Shown one piece after another: positions 42,386 to 51,718 of a DNA stretch of 64,000 nt. The stretch is from the IMG/VR virus record IMGVR_UViG_3300032246_001270. One strand, 5' to 3'. The position numbers and the translations under genes were made by a program. How positions within the stretch are numbered: the first letter of the stretch is position 1; every line of letters begins with the position of its first letter. This DNA comes from a virus. Below the pieces are notes generated by a model. It saw only the letters and a program-made list of their open reading frames with translations. It was not told where the DNA came from and searched no databases.

Positions 42386-43546
42386 TTAAGAATAGTAACA
42401 TTTTAAACCGGCTTCATATTTTCCATCTTTCATTGTAAGTAACTGCCTTCTTTGTACTCCATTTTTTTTACAACTTATATGTATCCAAATGGAATTACCA
42501 TGTTCAAAAATCATTTGGTCAAATGGTAAGTTTGCTTTTACCCAATTTGCAATAGGAAGATAACTTTGAGGTGATACGCCGGGGAATTGCACATCAACAG
42601 CTTCACCTTTTTGATGTTGAGATACTCCACCCGGAATACTAGCAGTTCCTCTAAATGCAGAATTTACTCTAACATTTGGATATTTTGCTTTTAATGGTTC
42701 TAATATATTTTGAGCTACATTTTGTAAATTGCATATTATTTCTTCTTCAGTTAAACCAACTTGAGCTTTTATTTTATGTGCAAATATACATCCAATTGAT
42801 AAATCTCTTAATCTATAATTTGGAGATAGTTTTCCATCATAATCTTTTCCAGAGTTACACTTAACAGGATAAGCTTCTTTTTTTGATATGGGTTCACTAC
42901 TACCTTCAGCTACTTCTGCAATTTGAGTAGCTTCTTCCTCTGTTAGTTCTACATATGGTGGATTATCTTCAGGCAATTCTTCTCTAATTGCTTCTATTTG
43001 TTCTCCAGCTTCTTCACCACCATCAGTTAATACTTCCGCACCGGTTTCCATAACTACTTCTTGTGCACCTTCAACGGTATTGTTATCGTCTGGTATTGTT
43101 GCTAATAGTTCTTCGGTTGGAACTTCATTTATTTGATTTGGTGGTACTGATATTGTTACAATTGGTGGTTGCCAAATTCCCGGATTAACTACTATATTTG
43201 ATGAAACTCCAACATTTGATGTAGAACCTGGAGCTGGAATTATTGGTATTGGAAATTCATTTAAAGTTGCACCTGTCCAATATGCTATAACTCCGTTTCC
43301 CATTTGTCCTACTAAATCATATGGACCATTTGTTGATTGACCTGCCAATAATGCTACTTTGAATAGAGATTCCATAGCATCAACATTTCCTTTTTTAATA
43401 GAAACATGATTTAATGTATCACTACCTCTTTTAATTGCTGCATCATATTCTGTTGCGTATAATTTAGCTACCGTATCAATATCTTGAATTGATTCTGGGC
43501 TGTTTGCGTATCTTAAAATATTATCTTTAAATATTTGCCAAGACAT
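42386..43546 (-). CDS. Baseplate-region protein with peptidase M15A (Zn) domain
   Basis: LSPNY, ILEPL, NSAFR, SQHQKGEAVD, FDQMIFE and WIHIS. Confidence 0.8.
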   Translation of the reverse strand: MSWQIFKDNILRYANSPESIQDIDTVAKLYATEYDAAIKRGSDTLNHVSIKKGNVDAMESLFKVALLAGQSTNGPYDLVGQMGNGVIAYWTGATLNEFPIPIIPAPGSTSNVGVSSNIVVNPGIWQPPIVTISVPPNQINEVPTEELLATIPDDNNTVEGAQEVVMETGAEVLTDGGEEAGEQIEAIREELPEDNPPYVELTEEEATQIAEVAEGSSEPISKKEAYPVKCNSGKDYDGKLSPNYRLRDLSIGCIFAHKIKAQVGLTEEEIICNLQNVAQNILEPLKAKYPNVRVNSAFRGTASIPGGVSQHQKGEAVDVQFPGVSPQSYLPIANWVKANLPFDQMIFEHGNSIWIHISCKKNGVQRRQLLTMKDGKYEAGLKCYYS

Positions 43547-43547
43547 A

Positions 43548-44777
43548 TTAAGATGTTTGATTTAGTTTACTAAGAATATTATTTAATTTGGATTTTATTG
43601 TACCAAATTGAGATGCGTTCACAGGTCCAACTGCAGATGGGCCTGATGGTGTTAGAAATGACATTTGAGATATTGCATCTAAAAACTCAGATAAGATATC
43701 TACTAATTGTTGTCCTTTAACTATTGGTTCTAAATCTTTACTTCCCAATATTACAGAACCATTTCCAGTAACCATTTGAACATCCCTATCATTTGTAATA
43801 ATATTAATATCATCACCAACACTTATATCTATTCCTAATTTATTATCAATTGACATTGCACCATCTGATATAAATCCATAATTCTTTTTAGAATAAAAAA
43901 TCATTTCTGCATTTTTTGCAGATAATATTATCCTTCCAGAATTTAAAAGTAATTGGTCTCCAATTAATTTAGATGGATAATCTACAAAAGAATCCGGCTT
44001 TTTTTCAAAATCACTTTTACCTTTATCATCAACTGTTCCCGGTAAAAATCCTAATTGATGTTGATTTGAAGAAAGTACTATTGAAGTACCATCTTTATTT
44101 ATATCTTCCTCAATACTTAAATTTTCTCCTTTTTTTCTATTATCAGAAGCTTCACTATTTCTTATTATAATTGTAGGAGAAAATGTATTATCAGTATTAT
44201 TAAATGCAGAAAATCTAATTGATTGGCCAAATCTACCTTCAATCAAAGAATCACCTTCATACAATTTTAATTTATGAATACCTTCCTGTATTTTATAGTA
44301 CTTACCAAAATTATTTTTATATTCAGAATCACCACCACTTGTTCTAGATATTCCAGTAGTTTGTACATTCTTATAATTTGCAGAAACTTTTTTGTTATCT
44401 TTTTCTGGTTTGAAATTTCTTGATATTGCTTCTGGGTCTGCTGTATTTGTTGGATTTGCATCCATTCCAATTCTTCTATAAAAATACGCTCCGGGTGCCC
44501 CCTCATATATTTCTACTTGCTCATTGATTATTGGTAAATTTTTAAAATTTTTATCAAACGGATTTGCCATTGGCAAATCTTTATCAGCAGATGTTAAATC
44601 ATCAGATGTTCTAAATATTATAGAGCCAATTACTTTATTATAATATTTTTTTGATTTAGCAAATTCATCATCTTCATCCAAAATTACTTTATGAACCCAA
44701 CCTATTTTTTTAGGAGATGGTGATGATTGTTCAGTAATATTATTAGAAGCAGTAATTCTACCAGAAGTTAATCCCAT
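43548..44777 (-). CDS. Baseplate hub/spike protein, gp5/VgrG-like
   Basis: LPIINEQV (OB-fold type), YEGDSLIEGRFGQSIRF, beta-strand repeats, EPIVKG and TPSGPS. Confidence 0.65.
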   Translation of the reverse strand: MGLTSGRITASNNITEQSSPSPKKIGWVHKVILDEDDEFAKSKKYYNKVIGSIIFRTSDDLTSADKDLPMANPFDKNFKNLPIINEQVEIYEGAPGAYFYRRIGMDANPTNTADPEAISRNFKPEKDNKKVSANYKNVQTTGISRTSGGDSEYKNNFGKYYKIQEGIHKLKLYEGDSLIEGRFGQSIRFSAFNNTDNTFSPTIIIRNSEASDNRKKGENLSIEEDINKDGTSIVLSSNQHQLGFLPGTVDDKGKSDFEKKPDSFVDYPSKLIGDQLLLNSGRIILSAKNAEMIFYSKKNYGFISDGAMSIDNKLGIDISVGDDINIITNDRDVQMVTGNGSVILGSKDLEPIVKGQQLVDILSEFLDAISQMSFLTPSGPSAVGPVNASQFGTIKSKLNNILSKLNQTS

Positions 44778-44778
44778 A

Positions 44779-45171
44779 TTATTTCATTTTCTTTTTTAAT
44801 TCTTCTAATTCAAATTCTAAATCATCAACCCTTTCAACTTCTTGTTTAGTTTCATCTAAATCTTTAAGTAATTGTTCTTTCTCAAACGCAGATAAGAATC
44901 CTTCTTGTCCTTCCGTTTTCTTTTCAGATGCTATAATCTTAGTTGCTATTGTTGCTAATTTAACCAATTGGTCATCGTTCTTAACTGAGCTATCGATTAA
45001 TCCACCAATTACAGGACCCAAAGTTCCCATATCACCAGCGTGTCTAACCATTTTCTTTAGTTCTTCTATTAAAGCACTAATCTTTTGTTTTTTAGAAACT
45101 TGGTTGTTATAGATATCCTCAAAAAGACCACTTAATGATTTACCTTTAAATAATTCGAATTCTGTTGACAT
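44779..45171 (-). CDS. Helical hypothetical protein heading the baseplate-hub operon
   Basis: 130-aa coiled-coil ORF; late motif at 45198-45205. Confidence 0.55.
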   Translation of the reverse strand: MSTEFELFKGKSLSGLFEDIYNNQVSKKQKISALIEELKKMVRHAGDMGTLGPVIGGLIDSSVKNDDQLVKLATIATKIIASEKKTEGQEGFLSAFEKEQLLKDLDETKQEVERVDDLEFELEELKKKMK

Positions 45172-45221
45172 ATTAATATATTTACATTTTGTATGTATAT
45201 AAATATGGTTCTTAAAAAATG

Positions 45222-46043
45222 TTAGGAATTAATTTCCTTTACTCGGATTTGTATTTTGGGAGAATATCCCTTTGGTAGTTCGTTTCTTACACCTTCAAAT
45301 GATTCTACTTCGTTTGAAAAATATTCTATTTCAAGTATTTTATCGGTAAGATTCATTATAGTCTGAGAGGATGTAAACATAGTAGAAGTAGTTCTTCTCA
45401 TATTTAATTGAGATTCTTTTTTATAGAATTGCTTTCTCATTGCAGCTCCTATTTGAGTCCAATCAGTTACTTTTTCAACTGTTTTTTCAGCTGATATCTT
45501 TCTCATTTTAGAACTAAGATATTTTACTCCAGATGTGTATCCTGCATCGGTAAATGTGTGTCCGTGATTTGTTCTTACAGTTAAATCTTCTTGGTTATGC
45601 AATTTAATATCAGGTTTATGTTTGGATGTAGCCTCAATACTAATCATATTTTTTGGAGATGATATAAATGTATGTCCTTTTAATGCTAACTTACTATCAC
45701 CCTTAAATGTAAGTGCTGATTTAAGTGCTTCTTTTAAATTCTTTTGTTTGATAATATTTCTCATCTTTTGTCCATCAGGACCTGGCTTTCCAACTTTTTT
45801 AACTAATTTCTTTTCAGCCTCATCAGCTCCAACTAATAGTGCAGCGTTTACTACTCCTATTCCAAACTCATTCATACCCTCACTCCAATCGGTAATCATA
45901 TCATGTAAGTATGCAACTTCCACACCATCTAAAATGGTATGTACTACTTCTAATTTAGGTTTGTAAGCTCTATCTCTATTCTTAGCTAGGATAAACTTAT
46001 CATTAACCTCTTTAGATACGATTATGCACTCTGAAAGTTTCAT
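45222..46043 (-). CDS. Ntn-hydrolase (C45/choloylglycine hydrolase/NRDE-like) with a 5-residue leader before the Cys nucleophile
   Basis: MKLSE-CIIV...ILAKNRDR, EGMNEFGI and RTNH. Confidence 0.75.
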   Translation of the reverse strand: MKLSECIIVSKEVNDKFILAKNRDRAYKPKLEVVHTILDGVEVAYLHDMITDWSEGMNEFGIGVVNAALLVGADEAEKKLVKKVGKPGPDGQKMRNIIKQKNLKEALKSALTFKGDSKLALKGHTFISSPKNMISIEATSKHKPDIKLHNQEDLTVRTNHGHTFTDAGYTSGVKYLSSKMRKISAEKTVEKVTDWTQIGAAMRKQFYKKESQLNMRRTTSTMFTSSQTIMNLTDKILEIEYFSNEVESFEGVRNELPKGYSPKIQIRVKEINS

Positions 46044-46316
46044 TTAGAATCCTATTGAAATTACATCACCATCTGCTTCAACCCAACGAATTTTTAATGC
46101 TAATAATTTTTTAAGAGTATCAGCTCCAAAACGATAACCACTTCCAAAATTACCTTTTGCTGGAATATCCACAACCATTCCGTGAATACCAGCAAAAATT
46201 TGAGAATGGTCTGCACCAATTACTTTTTGGAATGCTACAACCTGTTTTTGTTGAATGGGTTTTAATTCTTTGAATTTTACTTCAGATGCTTCGTTTAGTT
46301 GAGTAAGTTTTATCAT
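46044..46316 (-). CDS. Small protein with MIKL..LNE leader (putative internal head protein)
   Basis: Starts MIKLTQLNE-A. Confidence 0.6.
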   Translation of the reverse strand: MIKLTQLNEASEVKFKELKPIQQKQVVAFQKVIGADHSQIFAGIHGMVVDIPAKGNFGSGYRFGADTLKKLLALKIRWVEADGDVISIGF

Positions 46317-46317
46317 T

Positions 46318-46956
46318 TTATTTCTTTAATTTAATTTTCCAATAAACACCACCTCTAACATATGGAGTGAATCCACCATTTGTACCATCTGTTGTTTTGT
46401 TATTAACACCTAAACCTAATTGTAATATCTTATCTTTTTTAGTATTGATTAAAACTCCCATACCTACTGAACTTACAAAATCTGCTTTGTTGAATCCACC
46501 CTCTAAACCATAGAATACTTTAGTTTTAGGTAATTCTTTAACAATTGTAGTATTATTAATTACTCTTTGCTTAACATTAGCAGTAAAATTTCTACCTTCA
46601 ATTTTGTTTTTAGTAATTGTATCAGTTAAAAATACAAATCCTAAACTATCAGGCAAATGCAATGTATCTTTGTATATATTTTTTGCAAAGTAATCTCTTA
46701 GTAATGCTGCTGTATCTACATTTATTAACTTAATTGCGGTATCATGTAAGATAGTTTCATGGAAGATATCTTGTCCTTTTTTCCAAAGTGTTTTTACTTT
46801 TGTTACTTCGGTAGTATCATGTATCTCTTTAATAACTTCATATTTCTTACCATCAACCATCATTGTTTTACCAACTCCATTACTTTTACCAAAGTAAAAC
46901 TGAATTGCTACACAAGCAATAAGAACTAATATGGCAATATTTTTTAAATTTTTCAT
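46318..46956 (-). CDS. Membrane-anchored periplasmic protein with C-terminal amphipathic beta strands (spanin-like candidate)
   Basis: N-terminal hydrophobic segment; ends YVRGGVYWKIKLKK; six D-(S/T)-(T/A/L/I) motifs. Confidence 0.5.
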   Translation of the reverse strand: MKNLKNIAILVLIACVAIQFYFGKSNGVGKTMMVDGKKYEVIKEIHDTTEVTKVKTLWKKGQDIFHETILHDTAIKLINVDTAALLRDYFAKNIYKDTLHLPDSLGFVFLTDTITKNKIEGRNFTANVKQRVINNTTIVKELPKTKVFYGLEGGFNKADFVSSVGMGVLINTKKDKILQLGLGVNNKTTDGTNGGFTPYVRGGVYWKIKLKK

Positions 46957-46970
46957 AATATATTATTTTT

Positions 46971-47465
46971 TTAATTTATTTCGTGATTATCATCGTTACT
47001 CAAATACTTAAATTGCTTTTGCATACCATTCCAATAATTATCATCATCAGGATTTTCATGTTTATTAAAAATGTTTATTTTATTTAACAATCCTTTTAAT
47101 CCTTTTTCATCTTTACTTTTTTGATAGTCCGCTTTTAATTTATCATATTCTTTCTTTCTATCTTTATAAAAATCATCCATATCATGTTGATATCCTTTAA
47201 GTCCATTTTTAGTAGCTAATGCCATAGCTGCTTTTCTAGCAGGATGTGTCATTGGATATCCAAAAGCTGTTTTTACCGATATTTCATTTCCAGTTTCAGG
47301 ATTTTTTACTTTTAATTTTTCAAACTTATCTCTTAACTCTTTATTCTTTTTTGCTAATGCTAACCTTTTTTGTTTTTGTGCAGTAGTTTCTCTACGTTTG
47401 GGTGAGCTAAGAACAGGTACAAAAATAAATTCGTTTAATAAAGATTTTAATTTGATATCTGCCAT
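46971..47465 (-). CDS. Basic protein with IKL..LLNE leader (putative internal head protein)
   Basis: Starts MADIKLKSLLNE; contains KVKNPETG; late motif at 47484-47491. Confidence 0.55.
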   Translation of the reverse strand: MADIKLKSLLNEFIFVPVLSSPKRRETTAQKQKRLALAKKNKELRDKFEKLKVKNPETGNEISVKTAFGYPMTHPARKAAMALATKNGLKGYQHDMDDFYKDRKKEYDKLKADYQKSKDEKGLKGLLNKINIFNKHENPDDDNYWNGMQKQFKYLSNDDNHEIN

Positions 47466-47501
47466 TTTTTTCTATTTTATGTGTATAAATATTGTATTAT
47501 C

Positions 47502-49067
47502 TTAAAATATCATTTTTGACCCAATTTGGATATTATTCAATAGGGAAAAACTATCACCAAAGGACATTGCCGCTTTATAAGATGCTGAAAATCCAAATCT
47601 TTTACTTAATTTGTAATCATATCCCAACCCTACCATTGCTCCCGGTATTCTACTTACAGTACTTCCACCAGTCACCGTATTCCAAGCTAATGGAGATTGC
47701 ATTACAAATACTTGCGGAGTTAGGGTTACCTTTCTACTATAAGGGAATGGTTTCATCCAAAATCCTACTAAAGATGAACTTAAACTTACATCATATCCAC
47801 CTGTTGTTGCGTTTTGCATCATTAAAGTAATCACACCAACATTATATCCGAATGTTCCATATTTAGGGTGAGGTTTAATCCAAGTGTATCCGTTAAGGTT
47901 CATTAGAGTTCCTTTAAGATATGCAAATGTAGTTCCGTATGAATGTATTGCGTTTAATTGTCCGTTCTCAAAATCCATCTTTGTAATACCACCACTTAGT
48001 GCAAATTGGTTTAGGGTACTCCAAATAAGTGCGGTAGCTGAATATGATTTATCTCCCATCAATGAAGAACGAGATACACCCACACTCATCATTACAGCGT
48101 ATTTACCTTCCGCATCTTCCGTACCAGCCAAATCAGATGCTAACATCATTGGATTAGCTGCTACTTTCTTTTTTTCCTCTTTTTTCTTTTCTTCCTTCTT
48201 ATCCTCTTTTTTTTCTTCTTTAGACTCTTCTTTTTTTTCGTCCTTCTTCTCCTCTTTGGTTTCCTCTTTCTTTTCTTCTTTTTTACTTTCCGATTTAGTT
48301 TCCTCTTTCTTTTCTTCAGTCTTACTTTCCGATTTACTTTCAGATTTAGTTTCTGATTTTGTTTCGGTTTTAGTCTCCGTTTTAGTTTCAGTCTTTGTTT
48401 CCGTAGATGAGCTAGATGATGAAGATGAACTACTACCAGAACTGCTTCCAGAACCTCCAGAAGCACTGCTTCCTGATGATGCCGGCGGTGGAGCGGATGA
48501 ACTACTGCTTGGTGGTGGTGGAGGGGCTGATGCCGTTGGTGGTGGGGCAGTTGGTGGTGGTGGAATTGCTCCCGTTGCTGCTCCACTAGCTGCAGAACTT
48601 ACTGCTCCACTAGCTGCCGATGAAGCTGCTGAACTAGCCGCTCCACTTGCTGCTCCACTAGCCGCAGAACTAGCAGCTCCACTTGCTGCTTTTGCTGCTG
48701 CATCTGCTACTGCCTTTGCTGCTGCATCTGCTGCTGCTTGTGCCGCTGCAGCTGCTGCCGCTGCTGCCGCTTGTGATACTGTGTTTTGTACAGTTTGTTG
48801 AACTACGGTATTTGTAGGACAAGCCATAGTTGAATAAGCTGCATAAGTTGCGGATATCCAAACTTGAACTGCACCAGCCATTACTTCGGTTGGTGAGAAT
48901 ACTCTTATTTGATTGTAGAATGATACCGTTGCAAACCCATTAGTCATAGTTGTAGTGGCTACTTTAATTTCACCAGTACACTTATCCTTAAATGTTTGTG
49001 TATATGTTTGCCCCATTACTATTTGACAAAACAATACTAAAACAAATCCTAATATGTATTTTTTCAT
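47502..49067 (-). CDS. Secreted protein with long low-complexity linker and C-terminal outer-membrane beta-barrel
   Basis: Signal peptide ending VMG-Q; poly-Ala, SSAASGAA, poly-Pro, Ser/Gly, TETK and KKEE tracts; alternating beta strands; terminal Phe. Confidence 0.7.
   Translation of the reverse strand: MKKYILGFVLVLFCQIVMGQTYTQTFKDKCTGEIKVATTTMTNGFATVSFYNQIRVFSPTEVMAGAVQVWISATYAAYSTMACPTNTVVQQTVQNTVSQAAAAAAAAAAQAAADAAAKAVADAAAKAASGAASSAASGAASGAASSAASSAASGAVSSAASGAATGAIPPPPTAPPPTASAPPPPPSSSSSAPPPASSGSSASGGSGSSSGSSSSSSSSSSTETKTETKTETKTETKSETKSESKSESKTEEKKEETKSESKKEEKKEETKEEKKDEKKEESKEEKKEDKKEEKKKEEKKKVAANPMMLASDLAGTEDAEGKYAVMMSVGVSRSSLMGDKSYSATALIWSTLNQFALSGGITKMDFENGQLNAIHSYGTTFAYLKGTLMNLNGYTWIKPHPKYGTFGYNVGVITLMMQNATTGGYDVSLSSSLVGFWMKPFPYSRKVTLTPQVFVMQSPLAWNTVTGGSTVSRIPGAMVGLGYDYKLSKRFGFSASYKAAMSFGDSFSLLNNIQIGSKMIF
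48160..48775 (-). repeat. Low-complexity coding repeats (Ala, SGAA, Pro, Ser, TETK, KKEE)
   Basis: Visible in DNA (gctgct, gctccact, ggtggt, ttcttc runs) and in the protein. Confidence 0.9.
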
Positions 49068-49915
49068 TAAAAATTATTCAGCCCAATACCCAATTGCGAA
49101 TAACCTCTTATTGGGTCAGTATCAAATTTCAAAGTAAAAAATTTGAAATCTCTTAATATACCAACCTTAAATGTTGTAAAATATGCTTTTGATTTTGGAA
49201 ATGAAATACCACCTAAATCATCTTTACCTTGATATCTAATTTCTTCATGTCCAAATCCAATCATTCCGTGTACACCTAATTTATCAAACCTTTTACCACC
49301 ACCCAAATATAATGTATGTTCTTTTCTGAAATCAGTTTTACTAAGTGGAAAATCTACCATAGCTAAATTACCATAAGGAAAATATTGATTTCTATCTATT
49401 TCATAAGTCATTACATAATCCATAATAAAATATCCTTTAGTTCCACCAATTGTTCCCCAAAAGTTAGCTTGTTGATTATTTGTTTTACCTAATCCAGCTT
49501 GAACTAATAAAGGAGTACTTTGAATTGTATCTTTCTTTCCATTTTCGTATATATGAACTACATCTCTATGTCTCCATCCGTAGTTATCATACCAAATATA
49601 AGGATAAGGTGCGTACCAACCCCAAGTTCCATAATATAAACCATAAGGATTACTTATTGTAGGTCTATATCTTCTTACTAATGGTTGTTCGGGAAATGAT
49701 TGACCTGGTCTGATTGGTTCGGTTTGTGTTCTCCAACTACTAACATTATTTTGTTGTTGTGGATATGATTGTTGTACTCTAGGAGCTTCCACTCTTTGTT
49801 GAGGAGGATTTGTTCTCCAGCTACTAATTTGAGCTGATGCTACAATAATAGTTCCAAATAGGAATGCTAGGAATAAAGCACATGCTAATATTACCTTTCT
49901 TATTTCTTTTGTCAT
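49067..49915 (-). CDS. Secreted outer-membrane beta-barrel-like protein
   Basis: Signal peptide ending ASA-Q; duplicated SSWRT; Tyr/Trp-rich linker; beta strands ending QLGIGLNNF. Confidence 0.65.
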   Translation of the reverse strand: MTKEIRKVILACALFLAFLFGTIIVASAQISSWRTNPPQQRVEAPRVQQSYPQQQNNVSSWRTQTEPIRPGQSFPEQPLVRRYRPTISNPYGLYYGTWGWYAPYPYIWYDNYGWRHRDVVHIYENGKKDTIQSTPLLVQAGLGKTNNQQANFWGTIGGTKGYFIMDYVMTYEIDRNQYFPYGNLAMVDFPLSKTDFRKEHTLYLGGGKRFDKLGVHGMIGFGHEEIRYQGKDDLGGISFPKSKAYFTTFKVGILRDFKFFTLKFDTDPIRGYSQLGIGLNNF

Positions 49916-49919
49916 AGTT

Positions 49920-50663
49920 TTATCTTTGGTATAAATATAACTCTCCGTTATAATCTACCAAAATGGCACTCATATTCTCAATCCAATCCCCACTATTAAG
50001 ATATCTTTCTCCATTAATCATCATATCCGCCGGTTGGTGAATATGTCCGCAAATCACCCCAGAACACCCTTTTTTGTGGGCCATTGATAAGGCAGTGGTT
50101 TCAAAATCGTTTATATAATTTGTTGCGGCTTTAACACTTCCTTTAATCTTTTGTGATATAGATATATAAGGTAACTTTCTCCAAGTTCTATATCGGTTAT
50201 ACCAACGATTAAGCCATAATGCAAAATCATATCCAATTGAACCTATCTTTGATAACCATTTATATTTGGTTATAAAAACATCCACAACATCTCCGTGGAA
50301 AATGTAATAGCTCTGATTCCTATATACATCATCTTCCACCCAAGTTTTTGTATTAAGTACATAATCTTCTTTAATTTCAATGTGTCCAAAATTTGTGCCG
50401 ATAAACTCTTGTATAAATTCGTCATGGTTTCCTCTTATCCAAATTATTTGTGTTTTGTTAGATAACTTTAATATTTTAGAAATAACTTTAGTGTGTTTCT
50501 TTTTCCACTTAGCCCCTCTATTCAAAGCCCACCCATCAATTATATCTCCATTAAGAATAAGGAGGTCGGTTGGGTGTTTGTCTAAAAATTCTATAAACTC
50601 ATCCGCTTTACTATCTTTAATTCCTAAATGTAAATCTGATGCTATGATAGCTTGATATCTCAT
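49920..50663 (-). CDS. LpxH-like (UDP-2,3-diacylglucosamine diphosphatase family) metallophosphoesterase
   Basis: SDLHLG, NGDIIDGW, GNHD, HGD, CGHIH and YLNSGDW. Confidence 0.8.
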   Translation of the reverse strand: MRYQAIIASDLHLGIKDSKADEFIEFLDKHPTDLLILNGDIIDGWALNRGAKWKKKHTKVISKILKLSNKTQIIWIRGNHDEFIQEFIGTNFGHIEIKEDYVLNTKTWVEDDVYRNQSYYIFHGDVVDVFITKYKWLSKIGSIGYDFALWLNRWYNRYRTWRKLPYISISQKIKGSVKAATNYINDFETTALSMAHKKGCSGVICGHIHQPADMMINGERYLNSGDWIENMSAILVDYNGELYLYQR

Positions 50664-50950
50664 TTTTTAAATAATTTTTTCCAAATTTTATTTCTAGGAT
50701 TACCAAATTGCATTCCTAAATATTTTCCCAAAACTGAACCTATTATGTAAAATATTATAATTCTAAAATTTCCCTTCAATAAATCATCTATTGCAAAATA
50801 AGTAGATGCTAATGAAACTAAATTTATCCAAACTGAATTTAATAAAAGTGCTCCTACTTTATTTTGGTATGTATATTTTATTTCTAATACTTTAAAAATA
50901 TTATACATTGTTTGTGCGAATAATACTATAACTTCTTTCATTAAGACCAA
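50660..50950 (-). CDS. Small multi-pass membrane protein
   Basis: Three hydrophobic segments; YIIGSVLGKYLG. Confidence 0.6.
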   Translation of the reverse strand: MVLMKEVIVLFAQTMYNIFKVLEIKYTYQNKVGALLLNSVWINLVSLASTYFAIDDLLKGNFRIIIFYIIGSVLGKYLGMQFGNPRNKIWKKLFKK

Positions 50951-51657
50951 TAGTTATGATGATGTTTAAAAAATTGTGGATTGTTTCTATTTAAATAACT
51001 TTTTATCATTATTTGTATCATCCACCAAATACCTTTATTTTTAAATCTACGAGCACTTGTCCAAGCTCCATAGAATCTATAAATCATAAATTTGTTTGCG
51101 GATATCTTTGATGAAATTGAATAATCTTCTGCAAATAATTCATCTTCTATATACCCACCCACTTCCCAATATGCTTTTGTTTTAAAGAATTGAAATCCAC
51201 CAATTGCAAAAGGAGTACCGATTACATAACTTATCCATTGAGAAAGGTCAAACAGGCGAAAGGCCCAATTCCATCCCTTTTCGGTTTTGAATGGTACAGT
51301 CAGTAAATCGGTATCGTAAGCCAATGCCATTTCATAACAATTAACTAATGTTCTATCATTTGCTAACATTATATCGGCATCTAAAAATAAGATGTATGGC
51401 GTTTTTGCTAATTTACTTCCTTCTAAACGGCCTTTAGCTGGAAATCCTCCATCTATTACTTCAATATCTAATTTATATTTGAAATCCGCTTGTGCTTTCC
51501 ATAACCACCAAAAAGATTCTTCCTCATCGGAAACATCTGCTATTATTACTTTGGTATCATTTATAAATTGTTGTTTGGCAATTAATCCAATACAATCATA
51601 AATGTTAATTCCTTCGTTTTTACAAGGTATTACTATCGTTATTTGTTTACTTAACAT
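50941..51657 (-). CDS. GT2 family glycosyltransferase
   Basis: IVIPCKNE, LFLDAD, GGY.E...AEDY and TSARRF. Confidence 0.88.
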   Translation of the reverse strand: MLSKQITIVIPCKNEGINIYDCIGLIAKQQFINDTKVIIADVSDEEESFWWLWKAQADFKYKLDIEVIDGGFPAKGRLEGSKLAKTPYILFLDADIMLANDRTLVNCYEMALAYDTDLLTVPFKTEKGWNWAFRLFDLSQWISYVIGTPFAIGGFQFFKTKAYWEVGGYIEDELFAEDYSISSKISANKFMIYRFYGAWTSARRFKNKGIWWMIQIMIKSYLNRNNPQFFKHHHNYWS

Positions 51658-51670
51658 ATGAGTATAAATA

Positions 51671-51699
51671 AAAAACCTTCAGTTGATTATGAAGGTTTT
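51671..51699 (-). terminator. Intrinsic terminator
   Basis: Inverted repeat aaaaccttca / tgaaggtttt with a minus-strand T tract. Confidence 0.75.
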
Positions 51700-51718
51700 A
51701 ATATTATCAAATTATTAA

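Noticed and set aside
47884-48801. 305-aa plus-strand ORF, and alternative-frame minus ORFs 48161..48586 and 48670..48861
   Set aside because: These are shadows of the GC-rich low-complexity region of 47502..49067, with no independent motifs or expression signals.
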